From Octopus bimaculoides (lineage: Eukaryota), in the NCBI RefSeq assembly GCF_001194135.2, contig NC_068983.1, positions 105,470,854 through 105,534,853 on the forward strand: a DNA stretch of 64,000 nt, given 5' to 3'. Below, one piece after another: positions 1 to 12,143 of the stretch. Position numbers and translations under genes: made by a program. How positions within the stretch are numbered: position 1 is the first letter of the stretch; each line of letters begins with the position of its first letter. The notes below the pieces were generated by a model. The model saw only the letters and a program-made list of their open reading frames with translations, searched no databases and had not been told where the DNA came from.

Positions 1-1330
1 ATGAAATTAGGAGGATAGCAGGCTTAACAGGACTGCTACAGAAGGGTTCTGGAGAATTGCAGAGCTAGCATTTGTAACCGATTTAAATAGCTCTTCAGTA
101 GTTGCCTAGCTTAGATGCCATGGCCATGACTGAACTAATAGCTAGTGTTAAGATGCTGCCGTTGGCGACGAGGTGACAAAATGCAAGCGAACATTTAATG
201 GGCAGCGTTTCAAACATCGGAGGTTAGGCATGGTTCAAGAGTGTAATTATTTGATACATAGGATCTAGTCTTTATCATTCGCAAAATGACCCCCCCCCTT
301 AATACTTTGCGAATGAAGAAAAAACTAGATCCGATACAGGTGCAATCATGTGGGCCATCTTGTAAAATACTGCACCAGAGAGGGAGAGAAAAAGGAGTTA
401 CTGCACCAGTTGCTTTCCCATCTATTCAGTAACGACACTCAAGAGTGATGGTGAGATATGTGAGGGGATCGGCAGCCCATCTTGAAACTAATTGTACCAC
501 AACGCTAGTCCCTCTGAGACTGGTTGACAAGTGGAGAGAGAAAAGCCAGATAAAAGAAATACACGGAAAGAAAATCACGTGCAGAAGTACAAGTAACGCA
601 GGCGCGACTGGAACACTAAGTGATCACAATGGATCACATTACCGAAGGTGTTGACATAGTGATCGCATTGGATATAATTGGCATGCTGGGAGGAAAGAGC
701 GTCACGATCGACGTGGAAGGAGTGAAGTTTGGAATAGGTCAAAGTGCAGTGAATCGCAACCAGAGAATAAAGAAAACCCTGGCATTGAATAATGCAGGGA
801 GCTACTACAAGAAGGATGGCGAGAAAGCTGAGTTCGAAAAAGAGATGGAAAGATGAATAGAGAAAAGCACTCAGGAGCCATGAGTAGAAAATGTGAAAAT
901 TCGGGCGCCGCTTTGATGGCGGTAGCTGAGCCAATAATGAACAAGGTCAGACCAGGGTTGGACTTTGGGAAATTGAATTGTACTCTTTAATCGGAGTGGG
1001 TTTGTGGCTGAGATTTGCAAGGACAATCAGAGGAGTTGAATAGGATAAGAGAAACCACAAGTTCCTATATTGTTGGATAATGACAATGTATTTAGACCAG
1101 AAGAACTAAAGGAAATACTGTATAAATAACACGTGAAGAGTTATTTCAGTATTACTGAAAAGACCAGTGGAAAGATAATACAAAACAATTAAGGCCTCGG
1201 CCAAAAATGAGAACATCTCGCCACTGGAAGCTATCTTCTGGCATGACACGTCACCCAGATCTGGACAGTGATGATAGTCAATACTACAAAGAGCCGCGTT
1301 TAATTGAATGGAGGCATTCCCAAGCTGTGC
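1..1330 (+). mobile_element. Degenerate Gypsy/Ty3-like LTR retrotransposon internal region (gag zinc knuckle, protease, integrase core; RT/RNaseH absent)
   Basis: 335-373 reads YRCNHVGHLVKYC (C-x4-H-x4-C knuckle half). About 470-510 reads AAHLETNCTTTLV (decayed DTG retropepsin motif). About 1000-1300 reads VAEICK..ILLDNDNVFRPEELKEIL..PLEAIFWHDTSPRSGQ across frameshifts (integrase core). Many stops. Confidence 0.7.
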
Positions 1331-1935
1331 CGGTATTTCCTGAAGAAGTGCATTTGTATAAATTGAGTGTGGATTAAGCTACCCCCNNNNNNNNNNGCAA
1401 GTTGGGGGAGGATAATCTCCAGTATGCGATCCCCGGCAAATGTGTCAGAGGACGAAGTTTCTCGATACATTCTAGACATATGACGGGTAGTTAGTTCAAC
1501 TAATGGTGAAGTGAACAATGAAAGACAATAATAGTAGGGTAATCAGACTGAATCTCTTCGACGATCACAATAATCTTTGTATTCATGTATACATCTGCAT
1601 ATATGATAATGAGTAAAGAAAATACACGTGCGTATAGAAAATACATTTGCGTATCTTGTTTGTTTTGTGATTTTATATATTGATATGGATTTATTTCCGC
1701 TTGTGTTTACATATGCGTCTAATACACTTGCATGGATATGGAGGATCGATAGAGTCGAACGACACACCCTCTTCGTAGCGCCGTGCATCATCATCATAAT
1801 TATCATCATTAAAAGTTTGTTTTTCACATATTTGATGGCGGATCTATTTTAATAATTGAAAACTTGTCATATGTTATGGACATGTGTGCATAAACTTCTC
1901 TCTTCCTCTCACTCACATTATGATATCCTTTGCAC

Positions 1936-2140
1936 TATAGGTACGAGGCCTGCAATTTTGGAGGAAGGGTCTAGTCAATTACATTGATCCTAGTGCTTAA
2001 CTGCTACTTATCTTATCGACCCCGAAAGGATAAAAGGCAAAGTCGACCTCGGCAGAATTTGAACTCAGAAGGTTAAGGCGGACGAAATGCTGCTAAATAT
2101 TTTGCCCGAAGTGCTAACGATTCTGCCAGCTCGCCATCTT
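1936..2140 (-). mobile_element. tRNA-derived SINE, family A
   Basis: Reverse complement has a tRNA-like head (AAGATGGCGAGCTGGCAGAATCGTTAGCAC...GAGTTCAAATTC) and core GGTCGACTTTGCCTTTTATCCTTTCGGGGTCGAT. Homologous copies at 11443, 24181 and 33659. Confidence 0.85.
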
Positions 2141-2572
2141 AAACACATCCGCACACAATAATATCGTCATCGTTTAACATTCCTCTTTCTATACTGACAT
2201 GGGTCGGGTGTTTCGATAGGAACTGACATGCCAGAGAACTGCACCGAACTCCAGTATCTGCTTTGGCATGGTTTCTATAGTTAGGTGTCCTTCATAAAGC
2301 GAACCTACTTTAGAGAATGTATTGTGAGTGTTTTTAGTGGTATCAGCATCAGTGAGATTACAAAGACAAGACTCCTCAACTAAGTGAGGTAAAGTATTGA
2401 AGGAGGTGAAAGAATGGTAGAAGGGCAGGAACGGATGTCTTGTGGAAGAGGTGAATATATAGCTTCTCCAGAGAGGGAGGGAGGGACAGAGATGGTGAGA
2501 GAGGACGTACCTTCAAGGTACAAGGCGCAAATGAGAAAGGATAGCCGCAGAGGAGCAGAAATTGGATAGGGA

Positions 2573-2636
2573 AATTCGCGAGCGTGACAGATGATTAGAG
2601 ATCCCCATCTCTAATCATCTGTCACACTCGCAAATT
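2573..2636. repeat. Near-perfect 30-bp inverted repeat with a 4-nt loop
   Basis: Arms 2573-2602 and 2607-2636 match 28/30; loop CCCC. Confidence 0.9.
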
Positions 2637-4149
2637 GAGTTGGATCCAGTGAATATCAGTAAGTGGGTGGGGGAATATGAAGGAAATAGGAGTGGGTCAG
2701 AGACGAGGAGGAGATAATAAGGGACAATAATAGAGATACAATGTGAAGGTGTAGGGGAAGACATGGTATCATTTACAGTAACTGAGTGTGTGTGTGTGTA
2801 ATGTTTCCTTGACGTTACCTCCTTCCCTTCAACTCAGCGAATCTGCTGGCATTCCCCTCTTCTCACGCTCCCCATCTTGTCTCTCTCTCTCTCGCACGCG
2901 CTCCTCATCTCTGTCTTTTACTCATACTCTATCGCTAATTAACTAACTAATCCTACTTTATATTTATTTCAACACCAATCAACATTTTCTTTTTCTCCGA
3001 TGACGATTTCTACCTGAAACGTAAGATTTCTATTCCTCACAGCTTGAAATTTATTACACTGTTTCAACTATTTGTATTACCTCTGCTTACCTATAACATC
3101 CTTAATTTCCACTCATTCCACTGTTTTATTAAATATCGTAGCGTATTTTTGTCTGTCAATTTACTAATTCTCCCAATCCACCCACGTAAAAGGGCATAAA
3201 TAAACTGCAAGGTATTTTGTCCGACGTTTTAATGATTCTGTCAATCTGCCATCGATATCAATGAACTGAACTCTGCTTAACTAGAACATCCTTAATTTCC
3301 ACTCATTCCATTGTTTTACTAAATATCATAGCATAGATATCAATGGAACTCTAACTCAAAAGACTAATTTTGTCATGACACATCTCAGAAATATGTAACG
3401 AATAGCTTCCAAATTTCTAAGCCAAGATTCGAAATCGAATCCACATTTTCCTACAAGTTCTCTTCCTAGTGTTCTCGCCTTTTGCACTAGGAAATTTATG
3501 GCGTCAGCTGTTACGCTTAAGGTTTCATTGTTTATTTTACCATTTTTAGGTTAAACAGGGTTCATGCTGATTAGAGAAGAAAATCCTTTGTCTAGTCTAA
3601 TCTAATTTAGTTAGAGAAGATATATATATATATACGCAACCAAAAATCAGTTCTCTCTCTTTGGTCTCTGGTCAGAGATCATCTCTCTTTCTCACTTCAA
3701 GTATGTCTTTCGACGCGCAACACAAGAATCCTTATTTTTTCTATCTGCCTTGATTCTCCTACTCTTTTTCTCCCTAGTAGTCACACACAGACGAATTTAC
3801 TAACTATACAATGGACTATAGAACAACAAATAACCTGTGTGCAACTACAATATAGAAGACAACTAAGACGTTATCTTTACATTATAACGATAATAATAAC
3901 GATAAAAGGGCCATCTCTACAATCAATTAATATTGTTCTTCACTCATTCATTCGGTACATATATCTCGTTACACTTAACTGTTACAAATATAAAAGAGTA
4001 ATTTATGTACTATTTTCTTGGAATATCTATCTCATCTGTGATAGCTTAAAAAAAGCCATTGCAATCATTTGTCTTTTCTTCCATATCGCCCTACACATGC
4101 AGGTACAAGCACGTTTTATAGAAATTTTGTCAGAATGATTTGGCATGAT

Positions 4150-4920
4150 GTTTAAAGAAATCATTTAAACTGTCTATTGTTAATTTCATTCTTGAAACTA
4201 CTCAAATATTGTAGTGGATTGCATCTATTTGTAGGTTATTGATTAATTTAAGTCATATCTTCTTTTCGATTGCTTTTATTGTTGGATATGACAAAAAGAG
4301 AAATTTTCCATTATTTATTAGGATCCTTTAAGATTAGGAAGATACTAGTCAGTGGGAAAAGTCAATACGGTCAATGTCCTGTGTTTGACGATAAGCCAAG
4401 GACAGAGAAGGAATTCCGTAATATACAATTTGGATGGGATGAAATTTTGATATCTAATACAAGACCTGCGTGTGTGACAATTGCGGTATTGGGAAAAGGA
4501 AAGGCAAATTCATCGAGTTGGTTTAAATGGGATAGATATAGAGCCTGTCTAATACAAAAGAGAAGAGACTTTTATAGTAACTATCTTATAAGAGAGGGCT
4601 AGATATATACAGCTGTGGACCACTGAATGTAATGTTGATAAGTTAAGGCTAACTTATCTGTCCTGTGATTTTCATGAAATATCTTATTATAGAACTTGAT
4701 TTCGATTATGTAAAAAAAAAATCTGAATTTATTAATCTATGTTTCTTATTGGTGGTCTCTTGCAGTAGTCTTACAGAAATTAAAAGTTACGGCTAACAAA
4801 TTCTGTTCTTTTCTAGATCGATCTAACTTCGCAACCTTGCGATAATATCCACTTAAGAACTGACTGGATTGTTTAGTGTAGCTATTCGGTGACCCTAAAG
4901 CTCTGATTTTGTTAGAATAG
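4150..4920 (-). mobile_element. Highly decayed non-LTR retrotransposon RT fragment (CR1/L2/Jockey-like)
   Basis: Minus-strand pieces in RT order: IDLEK, DFFLHNRNQV, SG.PQ..ISSPLL, GLVLDIKISSHP. Heavily disrupted. Confidence 0.4.
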
Positions 4921-6505
4921 AGTCGTTATGAGTAATTTACATAGACTCCAGTTCTTTCCAGCCTTATCTTTTGTTAGTGGCGTATCGTGGATTTTGGCCG
5001 ACCTTTACGGTTACCAAATTGACCGCATCCGTCCTTGAATGAAATATTTTTGACTACAGTAAGCACGCACATATAAAGTGGTCGCTCTATGCGGTTCGTG
5101 CATCCCACACTATGCCAGTTTTTCGTCCGTTTGTCGCAATGAAGAACTTGGATATATTTCAGCTCCATGATCCTATAAACATTCAATCAATTTTACATTT
5201 GACATCCTTCACTTTAATCTATTCTATCGATTTTGGACAGCTGAAAGATTAACTAGACCCAGACAGGACTAGAATCATAAAAACGTTGATTTCAAATTTA
5301 TTCGCAACGATTATTTGGGAACTTTGTGTCAATAACTATTTTTCAGGATCTGATTGAAAATTATATGAACAACATTATTCCGCTTTATATTCGTATTAAC
5401 ACATTTCTCTTTATATTCGTATTAACGTTTACATAAATAAAAAAAAACGTCTTTATACACACAAACTAAAACAATATTAAACATTATTGATACAGGCATC
5501 AAATTTGAGAGAGAAGTATGGTCGATTATATCGTCTCCAGTGTTTGACTGGTACTTTCTTTTAGCGGCTTCGGAAGAATGAAAGATAAAGTTGACTTCAG
5601 TGAGATTTGAGCCCAAAACATAAAGAGCATTTTGTCATGCGCTCAAACAATGCCGCTAATACACCACCTTAAATCAAAGTATCATATTAAAGTGCTAACG
5701 ATAGATCCCTGTGGTGTAAAAAATCTGTTACGTTGTGGAATGAGAATGGTAAAAGTGTGTGTGAGACAGTCAAACGAACGTTACTGGCACTTGCACAACG
5801 TTATGGCGCACGTACACACAAACACTCACAGATTACTATTAGCTTATTAGCCTGAAAAGGTTTCTCGTTAGAAGTTTCACCTTCCTTTTTCTGGAAATCC
5901 TCATAAAAATTTTTGGCATTTTCTTTTTTACTTACTGCCGTACTTGTCGGTACAAGGGTCGAGTGTGATCTTCGATTCATACACCCTAGAGTAGTTCTAT
6001 TTTAAGCATCACATTAGATCTATGAAACAATAAAGCCCAAGCAATTATCGGAGTAATTTCTTGAGCGCTTCGCTTAATTTTCTGTATTGTTACATATTAT
6101 TTCCACTATAAACATTGAAATTTTTTATGTTTTGACAATATGGCTAATTTTCATTCTTGCATCAAACCATTTTAAAATATTAAGTTTAATATCCTGTGTA
6201 ATCCTTTTACGGTTTTTTTTTTTTTCGCACGACTACCTTTAGTTCCACTCGATGGTTTCTTTACAGACGTCTTGAATTGCAGGTAAATCAAACAGTGGCG
6301 GCGATCAACAATAGTCAATAACAAATATGTAGTAAAAAAAAAATAGCTCCAGAACAGAGTAAAAAAATTCTTGTTTTATTCCTATGGAAGTAAGAATAGC
6401 AATGAGAAGGTGATAGAGTGAGGTGAGAGGAAGTACTGTATAAGTTAATTGAAGAGTTACCAAGTTCGTAGACACTTCACCCCTTACATATGTGTGTGTG
6501 TGTGT

Positions 6506-6815
6506 AGGTACATGGCTGAGTAGTTGGAGTTTCGGGCTTACAATCGTGAGGTTGTGAGTTCGAATCCCGGACCAGGCTGTGTGTTATGTTCTTGTGTTTA
6601 TTTCACATTGCTCCAGTTTACTCAACTGTAGAAATGAGTTGCGACGTCACTGATGCCAAGCTGTATTGGCTTTTGATTTTCCCTTGGATAACATCGGTGA
6701 TATCGAGGTGGGAGGCTGATATGAATAGGCGACTGCTGGTCTTCCACAAACAACCTTGCCCGGACTTGTGCCTCAGAGAGGAACTTTCTAGATGCAATCC
6801 CATGGTCATTCGTGA
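6506..6815 (+). mobile_element. tRNA-derived SINE, family C
   Basis: A-box-like TGGCTGAGTAGTTGG and B-box GTTCGAATCCC, followed by about 240 nt of non-tRNA body. Confidence 0.7.
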
Positions 6816-7056
6816 GACTATATATAGTCTTACTAGATATAGAAAAACTATATGTGTGTGTGTGTGTATGTATGTACCCGATCCTCTGAGCTGTTTTCAC
6901 AGCTACTTTCTTGCGTTCGAAATTCCCTTCATTTCTAAAATACATATTAATGTTTCGCTTAGGCATAACGATACTAATAATCTGGTGTCAGAGTTCTTTA
7001 TACATATGCTTCAGAATAAAGTATTAGTTAAGTACAGAGCCTTATGCGAAATTAGA

Positions 7057-7270
7057 TAAATGACAAAAGAACAGGAAATCGTGCAATAAACTTCGTCGGT
7101 TTACAGCTGTTACTGCTATAACATGTCGTGCACTTCATTTTTGAAACTCCGAGTAAGCTAGGCGGTGATGCACAAGCACTCAGCTCTGAGTGTACGACAT
7201 TTTATTGCAGAAACAGCTGTAGGTCACTAAAGTTCATTGCATAATTTCCTGTTCCCTTGACATTCATTTA
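7057..7270. mobile_element. Palindromic foldback MITE-like element
   Basis: Imperfect inverted arms of about 85 nt (e.g. TACAGCTGTTACTGCTATAACATGTCGT vs the reverse complement of ACGACATTTTATTGCAGAAACAGCTGTA) around a short spacer. Confidence 0.7.
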
Positions 7271-7280
7271 ATGTCATATA

Positions 7281-8122
7281 CATTGGGTGCGATGGATAAA
7301 GTGTCGCCAAAATATGTTTTCAATTTCGTGCATGCGCATTGTTTGTTTTTGATTTTGACCCTGCTATACATAGAGTAGTAAGGTCGGTTGGACACCAGCA
7401 TGACGCAGTTTATTCTGCCAGAAATTTGGAAACGACATGATGTACTGCTTGGTATTTGCACAGGAAGCTCCAATACGAACATTTCAGAGTGTTTTGGGTG
7501 TCAATCTGAGGACACGTACCGAGAGTGATACAAATCAAATATCCAGCCAACATCATGGTGTTTGGAGTGATCACTAGTGATGGCCACGTTATGCCTCCAT
7601 TCATCTTCCCACACGACTTCAGAGTCAATACGGAGGCCTACATCAAGTGCCTGGAGGAAGTAGTGCAGCCCTGAGTCAAGAGAGTGACTGCTAGAAGACC
7701 CTATATCTAGCAATTGATTTCTGCTCCATGCCACACAAGCAGGAAAACCCTGTCATGGCTGTCAGACAGTTTCTGCGAGCACATTGCCCCTAACATCTGG
7801 CCACCTAACTCCCTAGACTGCAACCCCCTTGGGGCGCAGTTGAGCGAGAAACCAACAAAACTCCTTGTAACACCAAAGATGAACTGAGGGCAAGGATTAT
7901 GGCAGCATTCACCAACTTAAATAAGGAGACCGTGCAGAAGAGTCGCAGGAGATTCCGAAGTCGTCTGGAGGCCGTGGTTGAAGCCAATGGCGACTTTACT
8001 GAATAAATTTTCTCATTAGTATTTCAAGATATTATGTAATTTTGGTAATACGTTTGTTAAAATGAGATGTCAGTGTTATTTTCATTTTTGCGTAATTTGG
8101 ACGACAGTTTATTCATCGCACC

Positions 8123-8125
<3 letters not shown>
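7281..8125 (+). mobile_element. Internally deleted Tc1/mariner transposon, maT (DD37D) type
   Basis: TA-flanked TIRs (CATTGGGTGCGATGGATAAAGTGTCG / CGACAGTTTATTCATCGCACCCTG). Transposase remnants from ATG 7400 to TAA 8006, including IMVFGVITSDG and SAPCHTSRKT...WPPNSLDCNPL. There are 37 residues between the decayed second Asp position and the deleted third Asp position. Confidence 0.85.
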
Positions 8126-8203
<78 letters not shown>

Positions 8204-8218
8204 GAGAGAGAGAGAGGG
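8126..8218. repeat. (TA)n-(GA)n compound microsatellite
   Basis: Direct reading; abuts the right TIR of the mariner. Confidence 0.95.
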
Positions 8219-10179
8219 AATGCTTATTGTGGCCCTAAAATATATACTTAGATGCACGTATAAATTCCGCCTTACACTCTATAAGCGTTTATAGAAACGC
8301 ATACTCAAACATTTGCATGCAAAAATAGGAGGACGCTAAACAAACATAGAAATAGACATAACACAATCCTGACTTGAGTAAAACTTGTAGGTAGAATTAG
8401 TACCTCTTAAACCTAGAAGTTCCTTCTTATTTCCTTTCTCTAAGGCTGTACCTATAATTAATTGGCTCCAATAAGCGTACAATGTACTAACTGAACTCGA
8501 ATTATACCTTTTCCCATACGACTTTTCGATACACCAGCAAAGATTACAGTTTAAGAAAATTATTTATTTGGGTCAGTTAAGTTTATAATTATACAGTTTT
8601 TTGTCTTGTTTGTTATCAAGGGTCCGGGAACAGGAGGTGCAATTGCACCAGCTGAAATTTTATGGTGGTGCAAAATTCAATATTGCACCCCCTGCTTACC
8701 TTTCCCAGGCTTAGAAAATAAGAACAAAGAGCTAAAATCTCTAGAAAGATATATTACTGAACTAAAGCATCCTCAACAATATATATATATATATATATAT
8801 ATANNNNNNNNNNNNNNNNNNNNNNNNNNNNNNNNNNNNNNNNNNNNNNNNNNNNNNNNNNNNNNNNNNNNNNNNNNNNNNNNNNNNNNNNNNNNNNNNN
8901 NNNNNNNNNNNNNNNNNNNNNNNNNNNNNNNNNNNNNNNNNNNNNNNNNNNNNNNNNNNNNNNNNNNNNNNNNNNNNNNNNNNNNNNNNNNNNNNNNNNN
9001 NNNNNNNNNNNATATATATATATATAAAACAACAACAATTACGGCCACTCTTCAATACTAGCACAATTGCTGAGATATTAAACTCTACAATCAAAAGCCC
9101 TTCACTCTGTAATTACTCACTTCCTCATTTCCTCAAAATACCACAAGTGACCCCACCATTATCATTGTCATCATGTTTTACTGCTACTACCCTTACCACA
9201 ACAAAGCAATAGCAACAAGATCAGCATTGGCAGTTACTCTTCTAGAGTGTTCTGCTAGAACAATTGATGACCTGTTAAACAACACAGTCCCTGGCTCTTC
9301 TCCACAGTCAGGCCACTCAAATTTTTCTTAGAATAATACAAGAGATCCATCATCACCATTGTCATCCTATTCTACAGTCACTACGATTACCACTACTACT
9401 ACTGCAATTAGTGAAGATCCACTCCTTTATCCCCTCCCCCCCGCCAACCTCACTTTCCACTTCAATCTAAATGTACACCCGACAGCTCCATGATAAATCT
9501 GCTAACTGTAAGTAAAGTAAAATTATGAACACATGAAACCCCAAAATATGCTGCTGTTCTCAACGCGAGAGACTGCATACGCAGTGATTGTAGCTTCACC
9601 CATTTACCTGAGACGAGATACACAATTCGTACAAGCAATACCAGCCAACGCCAAACCACACATCTTACAACACCACCACCACTGCTAAATTCTAAATAAC
9701 ACTTTATAAGTTCTACACATGTAACCCGGAATCCTAAAATCTGTTACTGTTCCCAACACGAAAGATTATGTCTGATGTGTGACTCTCCCTTCACTCATCT
9801 TCCAGGGACTCGATGCACTAGTAAAAGCATGACACCAAACCACCACCAAATCCACAGTAGAAACATCCCTTACAGTGGCAGTGTTGGTCCAGACTTCCAT
9901 CGAGACCCAGAAATCACCCAGCTATCTACTATAAAATCAACAGCTGCAAACCATATAACTATAACCATATTCAATAGTGCAATCATACCAACTCTAGGCA
10001 ACAACCCCTCCCAAAACAAGAAAATTCTTTTTTAACCATGATGATTTTTTTAAATACTTCTAGCACCAACAACTGCTATTACCCCTGTGCACAACCACAC
10101 CATTGTTGTCATTGACCCACAAACTCAACTTTATAATAATGCCGAATGTACAAGGTCTTTCACACTTCACAAATCGAAC

Positions 10180-11260
10180 AAAAGTATCATCTCTTTGAGA
10201 CTTTGCAAAGCGAGAGAGACCTCGTACAGCGAGAAAAGACAATATGTGTGACATTAAGTGAAATACACCTGATCTGACATATTAGATGCGGAAGTACAAG
10301 TCATGTACTACTCAGAACTGACCACAGGATACGGAAACAAGGAGAAATAGCGATCTTCATGCAAGAAAACCGAGCAACAAATGTCCTCTCCTACTCCAAC
10401 ACAGTGTGCGATATACTAATAATGCATGTGATTGACCTCAACTTGATCAAAGGCGTTACCTACTGTCTTCCTGATGCAGCTAACCACGAAGATCACTTCA
10501 AAGATGTTTTGTCGCTCATAAGCCAAACCTCAAATGAGGCCAGCCCACAGGCCAATGTACTTTTAGTAGGGGAGTTTAATTTTCCTAGTCTCAGCTGACT
10601 TGAGGACTGTATCCAACCTGAAATTAAACAACTGAACAGGACAGATATGAATGTTCTCGGTACTTCTTAAGGCTTCTTCATGCAACAAATCATGACCCGT
10701 CCGCGTCCAACTAGGGGAAATAACATACTCAACCTTGTCTTTACCACCAATACACACTTCATTCGCAATGTTCAGGTCATTCTCACAGCTATTTCCGACC
10801 ACAACATTATACAATTATCTGTATATGGTTCAAAAAGGACAACACACAAATAGCATCAAACATGACACGCTGCTCATGAACTTGAATTTCAGGAAAGCCA
10901 AATGGAAGGAAATCGAAACTGAAATCCTCGAAACAAACTGGTCTCAGCACATTGGCAACCCCAATGTTAACGAGGGAATGAAGAGTTAATCAGGATCTGT
11001 TGAAAGCATATCCCATATAAACACGCCTATTTCCGCAAGCACTTGATTCTGTGAGATAGACGGATACAAATATGTGACAGAACCAAAACAACTAAAAAAC
11101 CAAACTCTCTCTCAACAGATGACATTGAGAAGTAAAAAAAAGAACATCGAACTGGACCTAAAACTATCTCATGAAAAAGAAACTTCGTTAAGGGAACAAC
11201 GAGCAGCGTAAGATATAAAATCTATTTTAAAGTTTTATTTCCACTTTGCTAAGATTTCCC
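10180..11260 (+). mobile_element. CR1/Jockey-type LINE ORF2 apurinic-endonuclease fragment
   Basis: Frameshifted motifs CVTLSE, GVTYCLP (YRPP), NVLLVGEFNFP (GDFN), PTRGNNILNLVF (10707), SDHN (10794) and LNFRKAKW. No RT follows. Confidence 0.75.
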
Positions 11261-11442
11261 AAAAAAAAACAACTACTTTCTAAAAACATGCTTCCTCTAC
11301 AAATACCAATATCTACAGAAGTTAAAAATCAAATACAACAAACTTCACCAGTTTGGAAGATTACTGAAAATGTTATAACATTTTACACCGCTTCCTTGGA
11401 CCAGTAATTTAATCACAGTATTAAATATAAATTATGGATACA

Positions 11443-11931
11443 CAAACTTTGGCACAAAGCCAACAATTTCAGGAGAAAGTATATGTCGATTACATCGATC
11501 ACTCGATAATCAACGGGTACTTATTCTATCGATCTCCGAAAGGAGATGAAAGGCAGACGACCTCTGCAGAATTTGCACACAGACCGTATAGACCAGTGGT
11601 TTCCAAACTTTTTCTAGCTGCCACCCCTCTTGACACCCAGGCCACATTCCTACCGCCGCCATCTCGTCTAACATTCACAAACATAGACCTTTTTCTAAAG
11701 CAAATTCAAAGCAACTGTATTTCACAAATAAAACTTAACCTAATGAACCCATTATTTTTACATGAATCGCTACCCCCATCATCTCCCCACGTTTCTTCAA
11801 CGTCCCCTTGGAACTTTCCACCGCTTCAAGTGGGGCAATACTGCCCAGTTTGAGAACCACTGGTATAGACGGACGAAATGCTGCAAAGTATTTTCCCCGG
11901 TGTGCTAATGATTCTGCCAGCTCACCACCTT
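11443..11931 (-). mobile_element. Family A SINE interrupted by a hAT MITE
   Basis: The halves 11443-11593 and 11863-11931 rejoin into the family A consensus. Confidence 0.8.
11594..11862. mobile_element. hAT (Charlie-like) MITE, 269 bp
   Basis: TIRs CAGTGGTTTCCAAACT / AGTTTGAGAACCACTG (14/16); perfect 8-bp TSD GTATAGAC on both sides. Confidence 0.92.
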
Positions 11932-12122
11932 TAAAAAGAAAAAAATAATAATATATCGAGGTGTAGAGTGGATCTGCGTATTGTCAGAAGTTTTATTTTT
12001 CCATTTTCATTTTTTTACGCATGCTAATTTTTTTTATTTCTTCACAACACCTAACATCTGAGTAGAAGTAACAAAGAGTTATCGTTCCTGACAGGTGTTT
12101 TATTATCAACGAAGGTCGTAGC

Positions 12123-12143
12123 ATGTCTACAATTGCTCTGAAG
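12123..12143 (+). CDS. HSD17B10: HSD17B10 exon 1 (MSTIALK)
   Basis: ATG, 7 codons, then donor AAG|GTAAAC in phase 0, matching the short first exon of orthologues. Confidence 0.8.

Noticed and set aside
3081-3332. About 62-bp direct repeat (3081-3142 and 3271-3332)
   Set aside because: Looks like an ordinary local duplication; no LTR, TSD or coding context.
6267-6282. Possible 16-nt micro-exon (TTTACAG|...CAG|GTAAAT) in a CpG-richer patch
   Set aside because: No partner exons or protein similarity; such matches occur by chance.
8606-9094. ORFs of 90-150 aa spanning an N-gap and (TA)n tract (also 19979-20435)
   Set aside because: They are open only because of N runs and microsatellite; no coding signal.
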